Part shown: positions 25,276 through 37,174 of the stretch, one piece after another
Layout: each line of letters starts with the position of its first letter
How positions within the stretch are numbered: the first letter of the stretch is position 1
NCBI RefSeq assembly: GCF_006345805.1
Contig: NC_043003.1
Location: forward strand, 105,400,001-105,464,000
Direction of reading: 5' to 3'
Origin: Octopus sinensis
Taxonomy: Eukaryota
Length of the DNA: 64,000 bases
Made by a program: the position numbers and the translations under genes
Notes under the pieces: generated by a model
What the model was told of the DNA's origin: nothing
Seen by the model: only the letters and a program-made list of their open reading frames with translations
Databases searched by the model: none

Positions 25276-26058
25276 GAAACCATATTAAAATTTGTTGGAA
25301 ACCATTATGCTTAAAATTTGTATAATTTATTAAGTTCTACTGTCTAATTAATGCTGTTAATGACCTAACACTTGAACTAGGATCATTATTTTTAAAATAC
25401 GGATTTTGTCTTTAGGCGCGTTCTATAAATAAGCTCGTGAAAAGGGCGTAACGCTTACATATTTTGTAATTAACGAAATAATATGGATTACATAGGGACA
25501 TAACTACAGATGTGTGTCCTTTTATGCACTTTGTTTCTTTATGACTTTCTGAAAAATGCATATTTTTTATGAAATTTTCAACAAACATGTTGTGGATTAC
25601 GATTATGTCTGAATTTGATGTAGAAAAAAAAAAAAAAAGATTGAGGTGGGGTCAGAAAAATCACACACCTAGTCTTTATTTGCTCATACGTTCTAATGGG
25701 ATGTAGGAATAACCCGATCCCTTTTTGTTTCTCCATTAAAATCCGATATACACTATCTGAAACTGTATTTTTAAAAAATATTCATTTTCCCGTAAGTTAT
25801 GAGAAATCAAAGTCGAAGATGGGCAAGGCACACAACTGTACTAATGCCGATTTTATTTAGCTTTAATAACGTAATTAGCTTATCAAAAACGAATGGTCGT
25901 TCTTTTCTGCTCGTTTTTGCACTATTTCGATTCCCTGAAAAGGCAAGTGCTCGAAAATCTAATTTGAGTTTTTCGAACTCTCGGGTGTCACTGTGCACGC
26001 TTATCTCCCTTGCTGTCAAGCCGCTGACAAGTTGTGTCCCTTTATACTGATTCACTGC

Positions 26059-26100
26059 AAACGTGTAGCAGCTCTTCCTTGGCTCCTCGCTTCCAACAAA
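26059..26100 (+). promoter_or_regulatory. candidate non-coding first exon/TSS region of the C7orf50-like gene
   Basis: Pyrimidine-rich gctcttccttggctcctcgcttcc followed by a consensus donor AAA|GTAAGT at 26101 in a locally CpG-richer unique segment. Coding exon 1 has an acceptor at 33476, so it needs an upstream exon. The 5' boundary is a guess. Confidence 0.35.
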
Positions 26101-27642
26101 GTAAGTCGATTCTTGCACGTTTTTTTCTCATTTTTAAACAAATTCTTTTATCTTAATCCAGCCAAAATTAAGTTTTTAAAACTATATTTGTTCCAAAGTC
26201 ATAATTCATAAAATTGCTCATGTGAAACTATGCTATCTACATAGAAATATATCCTGATGTGTGCAGGAGTTTCCATTTGAATATTAATTTGAAATGGAAA
26301 TGTGAAGTATTTCAAAATCTAGGTCGAAATTATTATTTAAGAAATTTGCAATATTGTATCTTAATTATTGATAATTCGAATACATCGATACGGTTCCTGG
26401 CTGTAGTCACGTGTAACTGTTTTATAACCAGAAACTAGAACAGAACAAAAGGGGTTTAAACCACAAATGATAAAATATTTGTGGTTAATTATTTAGGTTA
26501 ATTAAGAATATTTAGTTTGTTTCTCAGGTTGGAATTAACTTTTATTGAAAATATTGAAACTGTTTCAGTAGTTGGTTTGCTCTGAATCGAAAATTATTAA
26601 ACTTTATATCCTCTCAGATAAGAACTTAATGCAAAAGGCTTTTAAAAAAACTGATCTCTCTTCATGAGGCAGCGTTATGATGAGAGAGAGTCTCTTGACA
26701 TATTTAGTTACATGGAGAGGTGGAAAGGGTTAGTAGGATGAGAGTTAGGTGGAATTTCGACAGCTCTCTCTCTCACCGAAACTCTGCCGAATATGGTATT
26801 AGATAGGATTGACTGATTTTTAATTAAGCACTTGTTAAATGACCGTTTAAGTTTAAAATTGGAGAATCCAGTGAGGTAGATTTCTAAGCGATCACTCTAT
26901 CTGCTAGAAATAACAGCCAGATTTCCCCCTCGATGATATCCTATTGTCTTAAAGTAAGGGAAGTACGTTGAAACGTTGAACTTATCCAGTTTAACAGTAG
27001 CAGCTGGTCATTGGATGTTTTTAGCAACATCTATTGTTGCAAATATTCAAAGTGTCTGATCTCATCTGTCTCTTCCACCATCCTTCCCGCTGTCTCTGAG
27101 ACCCCATTAAAAAGGTCATGGGCCTGTCCTTCCTCATGTGACTTTAATGAAATAATATAAAGACTCCAGTCACGCTGCGTTCTGGCAGAGTCACACAAAC
27201 TCCTCAATCAGGGATAAACGTGGCAACTAAGAGGCAATCCAGCAAGATCAGTATTTCTCATATAGGTGCTGCTTCGAAAATATATGAGCGCCGATAAGCC
27301 TAAAAAATTTTAATACGAGAACAATTGAGATAAGTGGATTTTCACAGGACAGTAGTGATGGGCGGTCTTTATAGACTGAGAGATTAGATTGACTCATATA
27401 ATAATACTTAGTGCATAATTTTAGGATTGCAACGAGTAAAGTATCAGATCCAACAAATTGGGGACGAAGTAGGGGTCCGTTGGTTGGAATTCGTTATTTA
27501 AACCTAAGAAACTACTAGCATTCGTGAGCCTTCATAAAACTCTTAAACCAGAATACAATAGGAACAAGAACGTCGTTAAATTTTCTCGTGTAACAAAAAC
27601 TAATGCTTTAAATATCTATATTTAATTTTTTTAAAGTATAAA

Positions 27643-27864
27643 ATATGTAATTGTATATAAAATATATATATATTGAGCAAAGATATGTAATTGTATAAAA
27701 TATATATTGAGCAAAGATATGTAATTGTATATAAAATATATATATTGAGCAAAGATATGTAATTGTATAAAATATATATTGAGCAAAGATATGTAATTGT
27801 ATATAAAATATATATATTGAGCAAAGATATGTAATTGTATAAAATATATATTGAGCAAAGATGA
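27643..27864. repeat. minisatellite with alternating 34/38-bp units (72-bp higher-order repeat)
   Basis: gagcaaag core at 27675, 27709, 27747, 27781, 27819 and 27853. Confidence 0.95.
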
Positions 27865-29254
27865 TATTGTTTGATCGAATATAAAGATCAAGTGTACAGC
27901 ATTCGTGCATTGGCCACTAAACACGTAATCATGTTTTTCACAAAGAATATGTTCAAGTCGCGACTATATTGGGAGAAACAATATTGTTACATATTATGTG
28001 CGTGTCTGTGTGAATGAGTTTGGGTTTATTTTTTTCTTTTCCATTGAGAAAATTTATTGAAGTTCATGTTTGGTTCGGTATTTCTTTTGAATTTCTGGTC
28101 TTAACACGAGGGATCGTTACAGTCTTCGTTTGCCTGTTTCCAGTGGTCACTGATCAAACAGACCTACCGTATGTAGGAAATATATGATTTGCTCTTCCGT
28201 CTCAGGTCAACTGGATAGAGTTATGGTACACGGGTAACCTGCTCGACGAAGTATCACTCCAGATCCTCATCTGTATCGTGTTTTCTTATGGCCGAGGACC
28301 ACATTTCGATATAATGAGCAGAATTACATGTCTATAATAGTCTAGACACGTTGCATTACATTCACAGATTCTAGTGAGTGTCACCGTGTCAAGTGGGTGA
28401 AGTGGACTTATTTCTTATTCCTCTCTTTGTGTTAGTGTACGATCTTGTTACAGAATTAGGGTCTACTGAGCTAAATCTGTGCATTACAGCCATATCTGTG
28501 CATTATATTCTTTATGCTTGTTTAGGCTGAATGTAGGAAGTAGTGTTTTAGGATGTTGTAGCAGTCTTTTGGAGGGGTTTCAAGATTTCTTTTTTTGTAG
28601 TGACGGACGGGGCTGGTGTTGAAGCTTGCTGTAGAATCATTCTGTGCCCGTCGCATGTCTGAGAAGTCTTTTAGTTTTAATATTTTGGAGCTTCTACAGT
28701 TTTGCACCACATCTGTTACGTTTTTCGTTTGTCACCTAACAATTCCGCCTTTTCTACACTTTTCTGCTTCCCGCCCACATGGTTTGACGCTGCCTAACTT
28801 CTGTGGCCACTCGACCTGTTAGAAATAGCAGTCATATCTTCCTCAAAATAGTTCGAGTCACTTTTATTTTACAATTGGCTTCAATTTCCTGTAGAAACTA
28901 CTCTTCTGAATGTTACCCTCCTGTCATTCTTTGTTGAGCACATGTAGCAGACTTCATCCGGAGTTGGTGCTACTGTTTAATGAGATTCCTATCACAAATG
29001 TTGACACTGTATTAGAACGATATTTAAAAAGTGCTCCCAAAACAAGACGTCTCAGGCTTTGCATAAGCTGTATATTTTTATATTTCGAATTGTACTTCAA
29101 TCTGTATCAACACCTAGTTCAATACCTCCCTGGGGTCCTGCTTCATATTTGGAAACCACGGGAGTTCTTCATAGCTTATATAATTTCTGTGTGTAGCTCT
29201 TGTATACAGGTGTCAGGATGAAGCGGGAGTGTGAGAAAGCAGAATTGTTCCAAA

Positions 29255-29620
29255 AGGAAACCCATGAGAAGTGAAGGAAAGAGACCAGGTGGTCTTACCT
29301 TTTGCCCCTGGGTAAGAGGTTAGCACCTCATCTGGGACGCCACGGTCTGTGACTCCCACATCTTGAATACGCGGTAAATGGGAGGGTCACAGCTGCCGTA
29401 GCGGAACGGAACAAAACCCTGAAGTATCGGGACCTGGCAGTGAACTATCTCTTTGAGCCCGTGGTATGTGAGACGTTTGGCGGGGATGGACCGCTAACGG
29501 TGAAGTCCTTGCCATTGTTGGTAGCTCGCCTTGCCGAAGTGTCAGGTGATGCCCACAAGGGTGCTTCGCTGTTCCAACGTCTTAGCCCGCCATCGCCCGT
29601 ATTAATGCCGCGAGCGTGTT
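29255..29620 (+). mobile_element. CRE-clade LINE RLE-domain remnant
   Basis: GKRPGGLTFCPWVRG*HLIWDATV...AAVAERNKTLKYRDLAVNYLFEPVVCETFG...LAEVSGD....LFQRLS. Confidence 0.82.
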
Positions 29621-30189
29621 GGCTTGCTTCCGTTGAACCTTGTGGTATGCGACCAGTTAAGGCACTCGCTGCTGCGTTGATGTTGTTTACCCCCCCCCCT
29701 TTTTTTTTGCTTTGTTCTTCGTTTGTATAAATTGTGCAGCAAATTAAATGTTTCTTAGAGGTAAAAACAAACAAACACAAAACCCATGAGGTGAGGTACG
29801 AAACTCTCCTGGCGCCATTTTATTTATTGTGGTTTTGTTGTTGAGAGATTGAAGCCCCAGGTAGAATTGATATAGTTCATGAGGAATCTACCTTTTACTT
29901 GTTTCAGTCATAGGAGTATGGCCATGCTAGGGCACCACGTTTAAAATTTTTTCTCGACCCTAGGATTTATTTTGTTGCCTGGTACTTGTTCCATTGACCT
30001 CTTTTGCTGAATCATAAGGTCACGGGGACGTATATGGGCTTCCACATAGTTTCCCCTCTACCATATTCACTTAGAAGTCGTTGGATGGTACGTTGCTAGA
30101 GTAGAAGACGCCCAACGTGCTGTGTAGTGGGACTGAACTTGAAGCCACGTGGTTACAAAGCGTGCTCCTTAACCACTGTACACCATCGT

Positions 30190-30850
30190 TAAGTGTTCCT
30201 CTTGATCAAAAGTGGTTCTTGAGATCACTCGTTGTTAGTTTGTTTTGATTTCAGTGTCGTAAATGTGGGGATGCTGTAACTTCTACTCTTGTTGTCTTTT
30301 GTATATCAAGTGTGATGGTTAGATATGATGTCCTCTTGTGCTGCTGGTGAAGATCTGGTGTATGCAGCTGCTTTAAACCTGTTGTTTTCGGTCCAAGTTT
30401 CTTAGTGATCAAAGTATTTTCATAAGTTTGCCCTTAATGTCCATGCTTGATTTCAGACTTTTAGTTAACTCTTGAAGTAAAGATTTTTGCCAACATACAT
30501 GGCAGTCCTCATTTAGGACGAATGTTGCTGTAATTTAGCCCCAGGAGATATCATCTCCAGCTGGTTATATGACACGATCTTGTCCTTATATTTTCAAACA
30601 AGGGAATCTAGCACCCCCACTCAGCTCAAAACAATATCTGTGTATCGCAATTTCCAGGTTATTTCCCTTCATCAGCACAGAATAATTGTTCGGCTAGAGG
30701 TGGTACTGCCAAATTCCCATTCGAAATATATAGTTTTCAAAGTGACAACTAGTCACTGATCTATAAATTAGAAAATTACTATTTTTTAAAATCTCACTAC
30801 GAGAGAGATTAGTTAACCTTTGTTTCATTTGTTCTCAGTGATATAAAGCC
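30190..30850 (-). mobile_element. possible Penelope-like 3' remnant carrying a hammerhead motif
   Basis: Hammerhead motif at 30638-30680; upstream coding resemblance is weak. Confidence 0.35.
30638..30680 (-). ncRNA. minimal type-I hammerhead ribozyme-like motif
   Basis: Minus strand CTGTG-CTGATGA-AGG gaaataa CCT-G-GAA-ATTGCGAT-A-CACAG: 5-bp stem I, intact CUGAUGA, near-palindromic stem III. Confidence 0.6.
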
Positions 30851-30877
30851 TTCCTTTCATTAGGCCTAAATTACTCT

Positions 30878-31085
30878 CATCATCATCGTTTAACGTCCGC
30901 TTTCCATGCTGGCATGGGTTGGACGATACGACTGAGGACTAGCGAACCAGATGGCTGCACCAGGCTCCAATCTGATCTGGCAGTGTTTCTACAGCTGGAT
31001 TCCCTTCCTAACGCCAACCACTCCGAGAGTGTGGTGGGTGCTTTTATGCGCCACCGGCACGAGGGCCAGTCAGGTGGTACTGGCA
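30878..31085 (-). mobile_element. (GAT)n-tailed RTE-type 3'-end element
   Basis: catcatcatcgtttaacgtccgctttccatgctggcatgggttgg... Confidence 0.75.
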
Positions 31086-31479
31086 ACTCTAAGGTTGAAA
31101 AAAAAAATGATAATGTGCATCATATACAATGCATAGACACCAAGGAAATAAATATGTCCTGTGTATCACATGTGATACAAAGGTTCAAATAAGGTTAGTC
31201 ATTTGTGCTGTAGTGTCTGGATAGAGGTGGAAGGATGTGAATGTTATTATCCTCTCTGTGTATGGTTGTCTGTATGTTTTGTTGGTGAAAGGATGGATCC
31301 ATGTCATACTTCATGCAAGAAATTGCATAGCCTTGGTCGCCTGACTGGTAGTTGGCTAGCTTGTATTTTGTGTTTCTTGAGTGGACAGTGGTGAGTGGAG
31401 TTAAAAGGTTTGTTAAGAGAGGGCACTAGTTGTGACCCTTTCAGGTCTGAGTGTGGTGGGAGGCTATCCTCAGACTGGA

Positions 31480-32530
31480 GACCTGAATATGTTTGTTGCA
31501 ATGGACGCTACTTGAAGACATTCAGGTGCACTGTTGTGCCCCCTTCTTTGCAGCCACTTTCATCTCATTTGTGTCTTTGAGTTGTTGTCCCCCAAAACCA
31601 AACAAGTAGAAGTCAGAGAGCACCAGATCCAGGCTGTATGGTAGAGGGTGGCGAAGACCATTGATCAATCCAATTTAATGATTGCCTGATTTATTGCCAA
31701 AAATGTGAGATTCTTGTTTGGTCTTTTCTTCCTAATAGTTTCCCTAAGCCTCTTGGATATTTCAGTGCTTCTTTTGCTGTTCACATTGAAGTTACATTCT
31801 AGATCCTCCAAGAACATATTGCTATGATTTTCTGTGCTAATTGCTGGCTTTTGAACTTCTTATGTCTTGGAGGAGAAATATGACACTATTCCGTAGACTC
31901 AACCTTTGTTTCCACAAAATAAATACAATCGCATTTCATTCCCTGTCCTCAGATTGTAAAAAAACCTGACCCCATTGACTGCAAATGCAGATCAGAGCAG
32001 ACTTCTTGCCTTCTTTCCTTCAAATGCCAAGGTAGCCCCACTTTGCATAGACTTTCCGATACCCAAAATCTTTCACCATCTTCTGTTATGCATTATGACC
32101 ACAGTCCGGTTGTGCAGAAAGCTCATGGATTGTGACATGTCTCTCTGTGCAAATCAATTTGTCCACTTACAATTTGTGTCAGTGGTTGCAGCTGATGGTC
32201 TCCCAGCTGTGTCGCTCGCCTCCAGTGCTGGCTTCCCCTTCTTTAAACTTCATCCATTTCTGCACATTGGTCTTGTCAATGGTGTCATCTCTGTAAACGG
32301 CCTGTTGCCTTTTGTGGATGTCAGGCAGTCTGCATCCCTCCTTCATGAAGAACTCAATGACTGCTTGCTGCTGCTATTTGGAACCTATTCTTTGCTTGCA
32401 ATGAAGAACAACAGAAAGAAGAGTTACTGTAGAAGATGAGTTACTCTGCCAACAAATTTGCCATTTGAATGATTTGTGTCAGTTAAGATTCTGTCTCAAC
32501 ATTTTTGCATTACTTTTAGTTGAACCTCAT
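31480..32530 (-). mobile_element. decayed near-full-length mariner transposon
   Basis: Terminal tatgaggttcaactaaaaagtaatgc; minus-strand QAVIEFFMKEG..IHKR..VY..KWMKFKEG...DFGYRKVYAKW and HPLPYSLDLVLSDFYLFG. Confidence 0.8.
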
Positions 32531-33488
32531 ATTGGACCATTGGGTCTCAGGAATGTCTACATTATTTCACATTTATGTGATAACAAGATAACATATTTAG
32601 GCTTAACCAACGGCTTTTAGCAGTGACTATTATGTCACATTTATCATTATATGGAAGAACAAAATATGGTAGGAAACGTTTTGGCTCAGCCGTTTTAGTG
32701 CTGGTTGATTTGATGCTTGTTTGGCATCAGACTCTTTAATGTTTCCCTGCCTCCCTTTCTCCCCCTTTTATTATATGTGTGCATCTAGTGATGTGTAATC
32801 TCTCTCTCCAATTGGTAGGTTAGTTGATGAAGTTGCCATTTTAAGAAACCCGCTAATCTCTTTTTTTGGTTTTGCAATTAAAAAATTTTTTTTTTTAATG
32901 GTGAATTTTCCTATGGCAAAATATCCTACAACAGTGTATATTTCTGTGCATGCACACATGTATTTGCTTCCAATACCAAACTGCTATCTACAAAACGGGT
33001 TATATGTCCAGTCAGCCATGCCAATTGGTTGATGCCTTAACTGCTGTTTAGGTTTTTATCATCAAAACGGCATGGCTGTGTGGTTTGTTACTTTGCAACT
33101 ATCTGGTTCCACAATCAGCCCACTGCCTATTCATCTTGGGACATGTCTTATTACACAGCCTCAAGTTGATCAAAACCTTGTAAGTGAAATTTGCTAGTCA
33201 GAAACTATGGAGAAACTTGTTACAGAGGTTTTTTGTTCTTGGTTGGGTAGACTTACCCTCTCCACCATCACCTGATGTATGAGTGTCTTTAGTTGTAAGC
33301 ATTAAGGCCATGCTTCCCATTTAACAATTACTTTCTGTTATCTTACCAGACTCAGAGACCTGAGAAAAGTCAAGCATGATGCCTGACTAAGTGATTTATG
33401 AAATAAGCCTTAAATCGTAGAAATCTGTAATTTCACTTAGAATTATTTTTTCTTTTCTTTTTAAGTTCTATTTTAGTTACTTCTGAAA

Positions 33489-33669
33489 ATGGCTAAAGAT
33501 AAAAAGACTAAAACTACTGAAGGATGCGAAAAAGCTGAAGTAAATTTGAATTCTTCAGCTGTTAACAAAAAACCCCAAAAGAAAGAACAAAAAGGTCCTA
33601 AAGAGAGTAAGGTAACTGAAGCACCGTCTCAAGGGAAAGATAAGAACGTCAATGCTGTACCAGCATCAG
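33489..33669 (+). CDS. C7orf50: C7orf50-like coding exon 1 (MAKDKKTK...NAVPAS)
   Basis: Acceptor ttttag ends 33476, ATG 33489, donor TCAG|gtaaat at 33670; 181 nt, phase 1. Confidence 0.75.
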
Positions 33670-36600
33670 GTAAATATACCATTTGTAGATTTTGATTTAC
33701 CAGTTTTCTATATAAAAAAAAGAGGGACTGTTTTATTACTGGTAAATGGAATTTGTTGTGTGTGAGAGAAAGAGAGGTAAAAGAAGTAGAACAAAAAAAG
33801 AAATATAACTGGCAAAGAATGAGCAATAAAAATACTGTGTTTACTCAAATATGAGTAGAACTGTTTTGTACTTGATTTTAACTGTTAAAAATGGGGTGCA
33901 ATTTATATACGGGACAAAGCTTTTAACTATGTGAGGAAAAATTTTGTAACACTAAATATGGGGTGTTATTTATACATGAACAAATATGTTTCAGATTAAA
34001 GTTGGTCCCTTTAGTGTTATCAATAATGTTGTTGTTTTTACAAAAATAAAATAACTAATCAAACAAATGAGCACAACATTAACACTGGCCCTTTATCTTG
34101 GAGCGTTATCTATGGGGTTTGCAGGAATTTGTTGCTAATTTCTCTTACCTAAGAAGAGATAATGGTTTGTGCTGATGATGGGCTTAGTGATGACAGTGTA
34201 ATGCATATCTCTGCTGTGAGAAATGATTGGAAGGGCAGCCCGTGGCTTTGAAATGCTGCCTCAGAAAAAAGAGAAAAAAACCTTGATGAGTACAATAACT
34301 ATGAAGATTGTCATGAGGCCTGCAAGGCTAAGCTGTTCCTTTAGAAGGGAAACGAGCCCTAAAATGTTGTTGCTGTTGTATATCCTTGACTGACTTCTAC
34401 CTTTTTTATTGATACTTGCATAGAAGCTGAAAGTGTTTGCTTTCTCAGTGGTTTGCACCTATGCTTCCCAGGTATCTCTTTCACCAAATATTCCCAGTAT
34501 CTCTAAAAACTCAATCTCTTGTTCATCTTTTGAGCCCATCCATACTAGAGACATCCATGTAATAACATCCAATTACTTCTTTGCAATGATATCACATTGA
34601 AATTCTCTGTACAACAGATACATCTCCACACATTCTGTTGTTGGTTAAGGGTCAAGATTTTAACTGATTTTTATGTTGAAAGATGTGAGAATATTACATT
34701 TTAAAAAAATGGACCTCTTGGATCAACTTTGTCTTTCGCTCTTTTCTGGGTTGTAGAAGGGAGCCAATCCAGGATAGTGAGTTGGCAGAACTGTCAGGGG
34801 ATTGGACAAGATGTGTTGAAGTACCTTTGTGGCTCTTTCCATTCTAATGGTAATATGTGCAGTAGAAGCCTTTAAGCAAAGCCTTTCCTTTGGACAACAA
34901 CTTCTGGCATGAAGATGGCATTCTTGCATTTATAGACAACTGCTAGTCTTTCATACAACAAAACGTTGACCAAGCCTGTACAGACATGACTTCTGGAAAT
35001 GTTAGATGTGCAGTGTGCTTGTAAAAGATTGTGATGGTTCGTGGCTTAGTGGTTAGGGCCCTAAGATCATGAGTTCGATTCTTGGTGGGGCACTGAATCC
35101 TTGAGCAAAACATTTTATTTTACATTGCCCCAAAATGAGTTGTGCCTATAATCCAAAGGGTCAGCCATGTCACATTCTGCGTTACACTGAATCTCACTGA
35201 GAACTACATTAGGGGGTACATGTGTCTGTGGAGTACTCAGCCACTTGCAAATTAATTTCACATGCAGGCTGTTCTGTTGATCGGATCAACTGGAACAGTT
35301 GTCATCATAACCGGCAGAGTGCCAATTCATTCACTTGTAAAAGATATCAATTATTATGTTCTTAGTGTAAGGTTTGTTTCATGACTACATCACAGATTAG
35401 AAAAGGATTATAAGGCGGTAAGCTGGCAGAAACGTTAGCATGCGGTATTTCGTCTGCCGCTACGTTCTGAGTTCAAATTCCGCCGAGGTCGACTTTGCCT
35501 TTCATCCTTTCGGGGTCGATTAAATAAGTACCAGTTACGCACTGGGGTCAATACAATCGACTTAATTCGTTTGTCTGTCCTTGTTTGTCCTCTCTGTGTT
35601 TAGCCCCTTGTGGGCAGTGAAGAAATAAGAAAAGGATGGTCATACCTGGAATGCTTTTGTTGCTTGCAATGTGTGCTGTCTACTAGTAGCTATGCAAACT
35701 GGTCAGAGCTGTGTCTAGCCAGGATCATTATAGAAACTGCTCACCTCTCAGTTGGTTTTCTGTTACACTATCAATAGGATTTTTATTTTCTCTGCTGTAT
35801 TATTTCACAAAACTTGGTAACATTTTTTAATGAAAGGCTTTTTGTTTTAGATGCAGAGAAGAAGAAGAAGCAGCAAAAGAAGAAACCGAATGGACTTAAG
35901 GCAGAAGACGGCAACACGCAAAATCATGTGGAAGGTGTGTGTGGGATTCGGTTTTCTTGTTACTAACATAATTGTTCAGTTCTATATGCCCACAGGCTTA
36001 TGGCATAGTACTTAAGAGCGCGGGCTTCTAACCCCAAGATTCCAAGTTCAATTCCAGGCAGTGACCTGAATAATAATAATAATAATAATATCTAAAAATA
36101 CCTTAGGAATGAGAACCCAGGTTCAAAATTTCCCCAAGGCTCCTGATGAAGGCTGGAGGGTATATCAGCTGAAACGTGTTAACAACAAACAAGATGAGGA
36201 CAAATATCCGTCAAATGTAAATAATGAACATAATTGTTGTTATTAACATTTTATTGTCCATTTTCAAAGTTAGCATGTAGTAGTAGTGGTTGTTTGACCT
36301 CAGATCAAGCCTGGGTGATCAATCAGAGCTAACTTGGGGGCTAAACAGCAACAATTGCTAACCCTTAAAAATAGACTGTCCCGGTTTTCTTTTAAGGCTT
36401 TAGTAGAACTACATTAGGCCTTTAGCATTTAAACTGGTCATGCCAGGCCCAAATATTTTGCTTGTTTGGTGTTTAAACTGGCCAGATCTGGCTTCTCACA
36501 TCAATCCCACAATGTCATTCTAAAAATATGCAAATCACATCATTGAAATTTTGTAGCTACAAGATAATAATGCATGATTAATTCCAAAACAAAATCAATA

Positions 36601-37129
36601 AATAGGCATAACATTTGGTAGAGTTATCTGAATGCTGGATTATCTTAATCCGTGGTCTTATATAATACAGTTTCATGTGCCCTGACAGATCACTGCTATT
36701 TCTAGCAGGTTGCATGACCACATAAGAGTCTCACTTGCTGACTCCTCCTAACCTAGGTTTATGCATCTCTTATACAGTTGAGTTTTTTTGTTATCTCATC
36801 TGTGACCATCATCATCATCATCGTCATCATCAACCACAAACGTCTTTGTATTTTTCTTTGTAGGAAATGTGAAAGCACCAAAACAAAAGAAATCTGAAGA
36901 GAATGCGGCGGGTGGTAGGTGGCTTTAACCATTTAAATATATTATTGGGAGTTTCTGTGAATAGGTGCAGGCATGGTTACACAGTTAAGAAGCTCACTTT
37001 GCAACCACGTGGTTTCAGGTTCAATCCCATTGTGTGGAACCTTTAGCCCCTGGCTAACCAATACTCCATGCAAATTTGATTGACAGAAACTGAAAGAAAG
37101 TTGTGCATTGTGTGTGTGTGTGTGTATAT

Positions 37130-37174
<45 letters not shown>

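Noticed and set aside
27600-27924. Repetitive ORFs or CRISPR-like array
   Set aside because: Minisatellite with no unique spacers; eukaryotic context
28910-29221. 103-aa ORF
   Set aside because: No recognisable domain, no convincing splice context, lies next to TE remnants
31975-32439. 154-aa plus-strand ORF
   Set aside because: Antisense frame of the mariner transposase remnant
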